From IMG/VR virus record IMGVR_UViG_2740892234_000013: DNA of 10,321 nt, one strand, 5' to 3'. The notes beneath the pieces were generated by a model. That model did not search any database. It worked only from the letters and a program-made list of their open reading frames with translations, and was not told the origin of the DNA. Position numbers and translations under genes: made by a program. The first letter of the stretch is position 1, and every line of letters starts with the position of its first letter. Below are positions 1 to 7,223 of this stretch, piece by piece. The stretch is from a virus (Duplodnaviria; Heunggongvirae; Uroviricota; Caudoviricetes).

Positions 1-408
1 ACCTCTTTCTCAGGGAGTTTAGTCTCCAGGATTCCCGGGGCGGTTCAGTTTGAAACTGGTGATAATGGCAATGAATATTTTAAATGGCGCATCAGGTCTG
101 GCAGCACAACAAAAGATCTGATGACGCTTAAGTCTGATGCACTACGGGTTACCGGGCAGGTGATACCATCAAATTTCAGCAATTTTGACTCCCGCTATGT
201 CCGGGATCTCCGACTTGGTGGTGCAGCCACATACAAACCTGCGAACAATGGCATGACATGGACACATCAGGCACCGTCCGGGTGTGTATATACCGGCATT
301 ATTGTTCAGGATACCGGCTCAAACTCTGCCGATAACATTGGTGGCGTATATTACAGACCGGTTCAGAAATACATTAACGGGACATGGTACAACGTGGCGC
401 AGGTATAA
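1..408 (+). CDS. Tail fibre protein, C-terminal portion (5' end upstream of window)
   Basis: Frame 1 is open from base 1 with no stop until TAA at 406-408, so the 121..408 ORF in the track is only the tail of a longer gene. It lies immediately upstream of a Tfa gene with a 3-nt gap, the standard fibre/chaperone arrangement; by synteny it is the P2 H equivalent. Confidence 0.7.
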   Translation, partial: TSFSGSLVSRIPGAVQFETGDNGNEYFKWRIRSGSTTKDLMTLKSDALRVTGQVIPSNFSNFDSRYVRDLRLGGAATYKPANNGMTWTHQAPSGCVYTGIIVQDTGSNSADNIGGVYYRPVQKYINGTWYNVAQV

Positions 409-411
409 TTT

Positions 412-939
412 ATGCAGCATTTGATAAATATAACGGCAGGTAATCCAAAAACGGTTGAACAATATCAATTGACAAAGGACTTTGATGTTGTCTGGTTTTT
501 TACAGAAGATGGTAAGAACTGGTACGAAGAACAAAAGTATTTTGCTGATGACACGATAAAAATAGCGTACGACAAAGATAATATTATCCGCTATGTAGAA
601 AAGGATGTGACAGCTATCAGACCGGATGGATTAAGTGTTGTTGAAGTGCCGGATATTACTGCTAATCGACGGGCGGACATTTCAGGGAACTGGATGTTTA
701 AGGACGGTACAGTGATTAAACGAATTTATACGGCAGAGGAATTGCAGCAGCAGGCAGAAAATCGGAAAGCCAGACTTCTTGCAGATGCTGAATCCGTGAT
801 TTTGCCGCTGGAGCGCGCGGTCAGACTGAACATGGCAACAGATGAGGAGCTTAGCCGACTGGAAGCATGGGAACGCTACAGCGTTCTGGTCAGTCGTGTG
901 GATCCTGCAAATCCTGAATGGCCGGAAATGCCGCAATAA
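412..939 (+). CDS. tfa: Tail fibre assembly protein (Tfa family chaperone; P2 G position)
   Basis: 175 aa. The N-terminus ([30 protein letters not shown]...GKNWYEE) and C-terminus ([27 protein letters not shown]) are characteristic of the Tfa family as I recall it. Position directly after the tail-fibre gene. Confidence 0.85.
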   Translation: MQHLINITAGNPKTVEQYQLTKDFDVVWFFTEDGKNWYEEQKYFADDTIKIAYDKDNIIRYVEKDVTAIRPDGLSVVEVPDITANRRADISGNWMFKDGTVIKRIYTAEELQQQAENRKARLLADAESVILPLERAVRLNMATDEELSRLEAWERYSVLVSRVDPANPEWPEMPQ

Positions 940-1160
940 GTTGTATGATCTCTGGAGTGAGCAAACGTATCTATGGCACAGAGTAAAGCCTAATCTGACA
1001 GGCCGCTCTGTGTCTGGAGTAGATTTTAGTAAAGCATTATTTTATTAGTGCAAATTCTAATCAATACATTTTATGTATATGATATCCTGCAGACTTTAAT
1101 GACTTGGTTTAGGCTAACCAGATAACACTGAAGGAATATTTTTGATAATTAAGGTACGGT

Positions 1161-1754
1161 ATGTTTACTAAGCGACGATTAAAAAATATTAACTGGGAGG
1201 CAAGTTCAGTGATTCTTGCTATGGTTCTCTTTGTTGGAAATATATTTTATACAAATCATCGTGATGATATAAGCATGGAGGCTGAGAGGGACAGTATCAG
1301 AACAATGTTTGCATATGAAATCACTAATAACCATCGCGCTCTCACTTTTCTTGATAAAACGAGATATATTGGCTTTGACGAAAATTCGGAGCATTTTGTT
1401 GGCGAGCCTTTTGCCATTAATGTCAAATCATTAGGGGGGCCTCGCTTACAGATTGCATTAAACCAGACTGATAAAGTGTTTAAATCCTACTTCAGCGAAT
1501 TAAGTAAGCTTGATAAAGAGGATGTTACTCTTCTTATGGACTATTACCATGAGCAAAGCATCCTGCTGGAGCGTGTAAAATCTACGTTACAGAAGATGAA
1601 AAGTGGTAATGATATTAAAGTTGATATTGATGGTTACTTATTAGAAGAACACTTCATGAATGAGCTTAATCTTTCTAATATTTTGCTTAAACGCTATAGC
1701 CATTTGTTGTCACAATACGCTAAAGAACATAAAACAAAAGATTTACATAATTGA
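1161..1754 (+). CDS. Hypothetical membrane-anchored protein of unknown function; cargo (moron) gene at the Z/fun-equivalent position
   Basis: 197-aa ORF with an AAGG Shine-Dalgarno at 1151-1154, 6 nt before the ATG. The N-terminus has basic residues (KRRLK) followed by one hydrophobic segment (SSVILAMVLFVGNIFY), i.e. a probable signal-anchor or uncleaved signal. The rest is hydrophilic and contains no Cys. The region is AT-rich: I counted 18 G+C in the 60 nt 1201-1260 versus 38 in 2101-2160 inside FI. I recognise no known family. Confidence 0.6.
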   Translation: MFTKRRLKNINWEASSVILAMVLFVGNIFYTNHRDDISMEAERDSIRTMFAYEITNNHRALTFLDKTRYIGFDENSEHFVGEPFAINVKSLGGPRLQIALNQTDKVFKSYFSELSKLDKEDVTLLMDYYHEQSILLERVKSTLQKMKSGNDIKVDIDGYLLEEHFMNELNLSNILLKRYSHLLSQYAKEHKTKDLHN

Positions 1755-1960
1755 TAATCTGCTAATGGTTATTCATGGGGTAACTATGTTTTATATGTAA
1801 TCCAACTCAGATGAATTATTGATTCTGGATAATAACCGCAGAGCGGCATATACCCTGACAGGCAAATGTCCGCTTCTTGTTCAAAGCAGACTGTCAGATT
1901 TGATAACTTTTGGGCTATGTAAATTGTCAGTCGGAAAATGAGTGAGTTCAAATCAGGACA

Positions 1961-1987
1961 GGCGGGCGAATTGCCCGCCTTTTCTTT
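1961..1987 (+). terminator. Rho-independent terminator downstream of the cargo gene
   Basis: Perfect 7-bp GC-rich stem GGCGGGC (1961-1967), loop GAATT, GCCCGCC (1973-1979), followed by TTTTCTTT (1980-1987). Confidence 0.7.
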
Positions 1988-1989
1988 AT

Positions 1990-2060
1990 CTGTTGTTTCA
2001 TCCACTGACCAGCCAGGTCAAATAGCGTCTCATGCTCTGCACAACAGAAAATAGTTGCAC
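1990..2060 (+). promoter_or_regulatory. Candidate late promoter region for the FI-FII-E-T-U-D operon (P2 P_F equivalent, Ogr-dependent)
   Basis: Located between the terminator and the FI start, where P2 has P_F. Contains TGTTGT (1991-1996), a perfect dyad TGACC-AGCCA-GGTCA (2006-2020) and ACAACA (2041-2046). I could not place an exact TGT-N12-ACA Ogr element, so the coordinates are approximate. Confidence 0.3.
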
Positions 2061-2083
2061 CCATTAACCACGGAGTTAAACGG

Positions 2084-3274
2084 ATGAGTGACTATCATCA
2101 CGGCGTGCAGGTGCTGGAGATTAACGACGGCACCCGCGTCATTTCCACCGTATCCACGGCCATTGTCGGCATGGTCTGCACGGCCAGCGATGCGGATGCG
2201 GAAACCTTCCCCCTCAATAAACCGGTGCTGATTACCAACGTGCAGAGCGCAATTGCAAAGGCCGGTAAAAAAGGCACGCTGGCGGCGTCGTTGCTGGCCA
2301 TCACTGACCAGTCAAAACCGGTCACCGTTGTCGTGCGCGTGGAAGACGGCAACGGCGATGACGAAGAAACGAAACTTGCGCAGACCGTTTCCAATATCAT
2401 CGGCACCACCGACGAAAACGGTCAGTACACCGGACTGAAAGCACTGCTGGCGGCGGAGTCGGTAACCGGTGTTAAACCGCGTATTCTCGGTGTGCCGGGA
2501 CTGGACACCAAAGAGGTTGCCGTCGCACTGGCATCAGTCTGTCAGAAGCTGCGCGCTTTCGGGTATATCAGCGCATGGGGCTGTAAGACCATTTCCGAGG
2601 TGAAAGCCTACCGCCAGAATTTCAGCCAGCGTGAGCTGATGGTCATCTGGCCGGATTTCCTCGCATGGGATACGGTCGCCAGTACCACCGCCACCGCGTA
2701 TGCCACCGCCCGTGCGCTGGGTCTGCGCGCTAAAATCGACCAGGAGCAGGGCTGGCATAAAACGCTGTCCAACGTCGGGGTGAACGGTGTTACCGGCATC
2801 AGCGCGTCCGTATTCTGGGATTTGCAGGAGTCCGGCACCGATGCTGACCTGCTTAACGAGTCAGGCGTCACAACGCTGATTCGCCGTGACGGTTTCCGCT
2901 TCTGGGGTAACCGTACCTGCTCTGATGACCCGCTGTTCCTCTTTGAAAACTACACCCGCACCGCGCAGGTGCTGGCCGACACGATGGCTGAGGCGCACAT
3001 GTGGGCGGTGGACAAGCCCATCACCGCAACGCTGATTCGCGACATCGTTGACGGCATCAATGCCAAATTCCGTGAGCTGAAAACAAACGGCTATATCGTG
3101 GATGCGACCTGCTGGTTCAGCGAAGAATCCAACGATGCGGAAACCCTCAAGGCCGGAAAACTGTATATCGACTACGACTATACACCGGTGCCTCCTCTCG
3201 AAAACCTGACCCTGCGCCAGCGTATTACCGATAAATACCTGGCAAATCTGGTCACCTCGGTTAACAGCAATTAA
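2084..3274 (+). CDS. FI: Contractile tail sheath protein (P2 gpFI)
   Basis: 396 aa, the same length as P2 FI. GGAG Shine-Dalgarno at 2072-2075. First gene of the conserved FI-FII-E-T-U-D block. Confidence 0.9.
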   Translation: MSDYHHGVQVLEINDGTRVISTVSTAIVGMVCTASDADAETFPLNKPVLITNVQSAIAKAGKKGTLAASLLAITDQSKPVTVVVRVEDGNGDDEETKLAQTVSNIIGTTDENGQYTGLKALLAAESVTGVKPRILGVPGLDTKEVAVALASVCQKLRAFGYISAWGCKTISEVKAYRQNFSQRELMVIWPDFLAWDTVASTTATAYATARALGLRAKIDQEQGWHKTLSNVGVNGVTGISASVFWDLQESGTDADLLNESGVTTLIRRDGFRFWGNRTCSDDPLFLFENYTRTAQVLADTMAEAHMWAVDKPITATLIRDIVDGINAKFRELKTNGYIVDATCWFSEESNDAETLKAGKLYIDYDYTPVPPLENLTLRQRITDKYLANLVTSVNSN

Positions 3275-3286
3275 GGAGCCTGACCG

Positions 3287-3805
3287 ATGGCAATGCCGCG
3301 CAAACTCAAGTTAATGAACGTCTTTCTGAACGGCTACAGCTATCAGGGCGTTGCAAAGTCCGTCACGCTGCCAAAACTGACCCGTAAACTCGAAAACTAT
3401 CGCGGTGCGGGGATGAACGGAAGCGCACCGGTAGACCTCGGCCTTGATGACGATGCGCTGTCAATGGAGTGGTCGCTCGGTGGTTTCCCGGATTCGGTTA
3501 TCTGGGAGCTTTACGCAGCAACCGGTGTGGATGCCGTGCCGATTCGTTTTGCAGGCTCTTACCAGCGCGACGATACCGGCGAAACGGTGGCCGTCGAGGT
3601 GGTCATGCGTGGACGTCAGAAAGAAATCGACACCGGCGAGGGTAAACAGGGAGAAGACACCGAGTCGAAAATCTCCGTGGTCTGCACCTATTTCCGGCTG
3701 ACGATGGACGGTAAGGAGCTGGTCGAAATCGACACCATCAACATGATTGAGAAGGTGAACGGCGTCGACCGGCTGGAGCAACACCGCCGCAATATCGGCC
3801 TGTAA
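3287..3805 (+). CDS. FII: Tail tube protein (P2 gpFII)
   Basis: 172 aa, the same length as P2 FII. AAGGAG Shine-Dalgarno at 3272-3277. Immediately follows the sheath gene. Confidence 0.9.
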   Translation: MAMPRKLKLMNVFLNGYSYQGVAKSVTLPKLTRKLENYRGAGMNGSAPVDLGLDDDALSMEWSLGGFPDSVIWELYAATGVDAVPIRFAGSYQRDDTGETVAVEVVMRGRQKEIDTGEGKQGEDTESKISVVCTYFRLTMDGKELVEIDTINMIEKVNGVDRLEQHRRNIGL

Positions 3806-3861
3806 TTTTCATCCGGTCAGCCTGGCTGACCGGTTAACCCCGATTCAGAAGTGAGAAAACC

Positions 3862-4137
3862 ATGAACAAAGAAAATGTGATTACCCTGGACAATCCGGTC
3901 AAGCGTGGTGAGCAGGTTATCGAACAGGTCACGCTGATGAAACCCAGTGCGGGGACGCTGCGCGGTGTCAGTCTGGCTGCGGTCGCAAACTCAGAAGTCG
4001 ATGCACTGATTAAGGTGCTGCCGCGCATGACGGCACCGATGCTGACCGAGCAGGAAGTCGCCGCGCTGGAACTGCCTGACCTTGTGGCGCTGGCCGGTAA
4101 GGTGGTCGGTTTTTTGTCGCCGAACTCGGTGCAGTAA
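3862..4137 (+). CDS. E: Tail assembly chaperone gpE (in-frame product)
   Basis: 91 aa, the same length as P2 gpE. Sits between tube and tape-measure genes and ends just after a TTTTTTG slippery heptamer. Confidence 0.9.
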   Translation: MNKENVITLDNPVKRGEQVIEQVTLMKPSAGTLRGVSLAAVANSEVDALIKVLPRMTAPMLTEQEVAALELPDLVALAGKVVGFLSPNSVQ

Positions 4138-4289
4138 CGTTCCCGAAAAATCTGTCGGTCGATGACCTGATGGCGGATGTGGCAGTGATATTTCACTGGC
4201 CGCCATCAGAACTGTATCCCATGAGCCTGACCGAACTCATCACATGGCGCGAAAAGGCGCTCCGGCGAAGCGGAAACACGAATGAGTAA
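3862..4289 (+). CDS. E+E': Tail assembly chaperone gpE+E' made by a -1 programmed frameshift at 4110-4116
   Basis: After the T-run the -1 frame is open to TAA at 4287-4289. My translation of that frame is FVAELGAVTFPKNLSVDDLMADVAVIFHWPPSELYPMSLTELITWREKALRRSGNTNE, which matches the P2 E' extension as I recall it. The stop overlaps the T start codon at 4282. Confidence 0.8.
4110..4116 (+). other. Slippery heptamer TTTTTTG for the E/E' -1 frameshift
   Basis: T(4110) TTTTT(4111-4115) G(4116), 21 nt before the gpE stop. Equivalent to the G/GT and E/E' shift sites of lambda and P2. Confidence 0.75.
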
Positions 4290-6729
4290 CAATGTAAAAT
4301 TACAGGTATTGCTCAGGGCTGTTGACCAGGCATCCCGCCCGTTTAAATCCATCCGCACAGCGAGCAAATCGCTGTCGGGGGATATCCGGGAAACACAAAA
4401 ATCACTGCGCGAGCTGAACGGTCAGGCATCCCGTATTGAGGGATTTCGCAAGACCAGTGCACAGCTCGCCGTGACTGGTCATGCACTTGAAAAGGCACGG
4501 CAGGAGGCCGAAGCCCTTGCCACACAGTTTAAAAACACCGAACGTCCGACACGTGCTCAGGCGAAAGTGCTGGAATCAGCAAAGCGTGCGGCGGAGGACT
4601 TACAGGCGAAATATAACCGCCTGACGGATTCCGTTAAACGCCAGCAGCGGGAACTGGCCGTTGTGGGAATTAATACCCGCAATCTTGCACATGATGAGCA
4701 GGGACTGAAAAACCGTATCAGTGAAACCACCGCACAGCTTAACCGTCAGCGTGACGCGCTGGCGCGTGTCAGTGCGCAACAGGCAAAACTTAACGCAGTA
4801 AAACAGCGTTATCATGCTGGCAAGGAACTGTCCGGAAATATGGCCTCAGTGGGCGCTGCCGGTGTGGGGATTGCGGCGGCGGGAACGATGGCCGGAGTTA
4901 AGCTGCTGATGCCCGGTTATGAGTTTGCGCAGAAAAACTCAGAATTGCAGGCCGTGCTCGGTGTGGCAAAAGATTCCGCCGAAATGGCCGCGCTCCGCAA
5001 ACAGGCGCGCCAGCTCGGCGACAATACCGCCGCCTCAGCGGATGATGCGGCCGGTGCGCAGATTATCATTGCGAAAGCGGGTGGGGATGTTGATGCCATT
5101 CAGGCGGCAACGCCGGTCACGCTGAACATGGCGCTGGCGAACCGCCGCACGATGGAAGAAAACGCCGCCCTGCTGATGGGGATGAAATCCGCCTTTCAGC
5201 TTTCAAACGATAAGGTCGCTCATATCGGGGATGTTCTCTCCGTGACGATGAACAAAACCGCCGCCGATTTTGACGGCATGAGCGATGCGCTGACCTATGC
5301 CGCACCTGTGGCAAAAAATGCCGGTGTCAGCATTGAAGAAACCGCCGCAATGGTCGGGGCGCTGCATGATGCAAAAATTACAGGCTCAATGGCGGGGACG
5401 GGAAGCCGTGCCGTGTTAAGTCGCCTGCAGGCACCAACGGGAAAAGCATGGGATGCACTCAAAGAGCTTGGCGTGAAAACCTCAGACAGCAAGGGAAACA
5501 CCCGGCCAATATTTACCATTCTGAAAGAAATGCAGGCCAGTTTTGAGAAAAACCGGCTCGGTACTGCCCAGCAGGCGGAATACATGAAAACTATTTTCGG
5601 GGAGGAGGCCAGCTCAGCCGCCGCCGTGCTGATGACTGCCGCCTCAACCGGAAAACTGGACAAACTGACCGCTGCGTTTAAAGCCTCAGACGGGAAGACT
5701 GCCGAGCTGGTAAATATCATGCAGGACAACCTCGGCGGTGACTTTAAGGAGTTTCAGTCCGCTTATGAGGCGGTAGGGACAGACCTGTTTGACCAGCAGG
5801 AAGGCGCACTGCGTAAGCTCACACAGACGGCCACAAAGTATGTGTTAAAACTCGACGGCTGGATACAGAAAAACAAATCACTGGCGTCAACCATTGGCAT
5901 CATTGCCGGTGGCGCGCTGGCGCTTACTGGCATCATCGGTGCAATTGGTCTTGTAGCCTGGCCGGTTATCACCGGCATCAATGCCATCATCGCGGCAGCA
6001 GGCGCAATGGGTGCAATCTTCACGACGGTTGGCAGTGCCGTTATGACTGCTATCGGGGCGATTAGCTGGCCGGTTGTGGCAGTGGTGACCGCGATTGTCG
6101 CCGGGGCGTTGCTTATCCGTAAATACTGGGAGCCTGTCAGCGCATTCTTTGGCGGTGTGGTGGAAGGGCTGAAAGCGGCATTTGCGCCGGTGGGAGAACT
6201 GTTCACGCCACTGAAGCCGGTGTTTGACTGGCTGGGGGAAAAGTTACAGGCTGCGTGGCAGTGGTTTAAAAACCTGATTGCACCGGTCAAAGCCACCCGG
6301 GACACCCTGAACCGTTGCCGTGACACGGGCGTCATGTTCGGGCTGGCACTGGCTGACGCGCTGATGCTGCCGCTTAATGCGTTCAACAAATTACGCAGCG
6401 GCATTGACTGGGTACTGGAAAAGCTCGGGGTCATCAACAAAGAGTCAGACACACTTGACCAGACCGCCGCCAGAACTCATGCCGCCACGTATGGCACCGG
6501 TGGTTATATTCCGGCGACCAGCTCTTATGCAGGCTATCAGGCTTATCAGCCGGTCACGGCACCGGCTGGCCGCTCTTATGTGGACCAGAGTAAAAACGAA
6601 TATCACATCAGCCTGACGGGTGGTACTGCACCGGGGACACAGCTTGACCGCCAGTTACAGGATGCGCTCGAAAAATACGAGCGGGATAAACGTGCGCGCG
6701 CCCGTGCCAGCATGATGCATGACGGTTAA
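4282..6729 (+). CDS. T: Tail tape measure protein (P2 gpT)
   Basis: 815 aa, the same length as P2 T. Coiled-coil-like Q/R/A-rich N-terminus and a long Gly/Ala/Ile-rich hydrophobic central segment (GIIAGGALALTGIIGAIGLVAWPVITGINAIIAAAGAMGAIFTTVGSAVMTAIGAISWPVVAVVTAIVAGALL), typical of tape-measure proteins. Confidence 0.9.
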   Translation: MSNNVKLQVLLRAVDQASRPFKSIRTASKSLSGDIRETQKSLRELNGQASRIEGFRKTSAQLAVTGHALEKARQEAEALATQFKNTERPTRAQAKVLESAKRAAEDLQAKYNRLTDSVKRQQRELAVVGINTRNLAHDEQGLKNRISETTAQLNRQRDALARVSAQQAKLNAVKQRYHAGKELSGNMASVGAAGVGIAAAGTMAGVKLLMPGYEFAQKNSELQAVLGVAKDSAEMAALRKQARQLGDNTAASADDAAGAQIIIAKAGGDVDAIQAATPVTLNMALANRRTMEENAALLMGMKSAFQLSNDKVAHIGDVLSVTMNKTAADFDGMSDALTYAAPVAKNAGVSIEETAAMVGALHDAKITGSMAGTGSRAVLSRLQAPTGKAWDALKELGVKTSDSKGNTRPIFTILKEMQASFEKNRLGTAQQAEYMKTIFGEEASSAAAVLMTAASTGKLDKLTAAFKASDGKTAELVNIMQDNLGGDFKEFQSAYEAVGTDLFDQQEGALRKLTQTATKYVLKLDGWIQKNKSLASTIGIIAGGALALTGIIGAIGLVAWPVITGINAIIAAAGAMGAIFTTVGSAVMTAIGAISWPVVAVVTAIVAGALLIRKYWEPVSAFFGGVVEGLKAAFAPVGELFTPLKPVFDWLGEKLQAAWQWFKNLIAPVKATRDTLNRCRDTGVMFGLALADALMLPLNAFNKLRSGIDWVLEKLGVINKESDTLDQTAARTHAATYGTGGYIPATSSYAGYQAYQPVTAPAGRSYVDQSKNEYHISLTGGTAPGTQLDRQLQDALEKYERDKRARARASMMHDG

Positions 6730-6743
6730 GGAGGTGACGAAAA

Positions 6744-7223
6744 ATGATGCTCGCGTTAGGTATGTTTGTTTTTATGCGCCAGACGCTGCCACACCAGACC
6801 ATGCAGCGTGAATCAGATTATCGCTGGCCGTCAAATTCCCGTATCGGTAAACGGGATGCCTACCAGTTTCTCGGCGTTGGTGAGGAAAACATGACGCTTG
6901 CCGGTGTGCTTTATCCCGAACTGACCGGCGGCAAGCTGACGATGACCACGCTCAGGATGATGGCTGAGGAAGGCCGGGCGTGGCCGTTGCTGGATGGCAC
7001 CGGCATGATTTACGGCATGTATGTTATCAGCAGGGTGAGTGAAACAGGGAGTATTTTCTTTGCAGACGGCACACCCCGGAAAATTGATTTTACGCTGTCG
7101 CTCACCCGCGTTGATGAATCACTGGCCGCGCTTTATGGCGATATCGGTAAACAGGCGGAGTCGCTCATCGGTAAGGCTGGCAGTATGGCGACCAGATTCA
7201 CGGGTATGACGGGGGCGGGATAA
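6744..7223 (+). CDS. U: Tail protein gpU (tail terminator/completion)
   Basis: 159 aa, the same length as P2 U. Strong AAGGAGGTGA Shine-Dalgarno at 6727-6736. Its stop overlaps the D start by 1 nt (TAATG). Confidence 0.9.
   Translation: MMLALGMFVFMRQTLPHQTMQRESDYRWPSNSRIGKRDAYQFLGVGEENMTLAGVLYPELTGGKLTMTTLRMMAEEGRAWPLLDGTGMIYGMYVISRVSETGSIFFADGTPRKIDFTLSLTRVDESLAALYGDIGKQAESLIGKAGSMATRFTGMTGAG

Noticed and set aside
842-1048. 68-aa + strand ORF overlapping the 3' end of the Tfa gene
   Set aside because: Alternate-frame overlap with a well-supported Tfa coding region. It looks like a frame shadow, with no RBS.
1206-1394. 62-aa - strand ORF inside the cargo gene
   Set aside because: Antisense to the better-supported 197-aa ORF in AT-rich sequence, where stop-free antisense stretches are expected by chance.
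1784-2005. 73-aa ORF on the - strand downstream of the cargo gene
   Set aside because: It runs through the terminator hairpin at 1961-1987 and into the late-promoter region, and has no convincing ribosome-binding site. Most likely a chance ORF in AT-rich spacer, though a small antisense gene cannot be fully excluded.
2098-3784. Several - strand and alternate-frame ORFs (2098..2409, 2253..2438, 2534..2758, 2608..2871, 3444..3701, 3461..3784) inside FI and FII
   Set aside because: All are embedded in the sheath and tube genes, whose lengths and order match P2. Treated as frame shadows.
4343-5729. Short - strand and alternate-frame ORFs (4343..4525, 4600..4815, 4917..5099, 4919..5125, 5117..5314, 5295..5729) inside gpT
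   Set aside because: Embedded in the tape measure gene with no independent support.
5763-6452. 229-aa ORF on the - strand inside the tape measure gene
   Set aside because: Antisense to the 815-aa gpT ORF. Its Ala/Ser/Pro-rich low-complexity product is typical of spurious antisense ORFs in GC-rich coding sequence.
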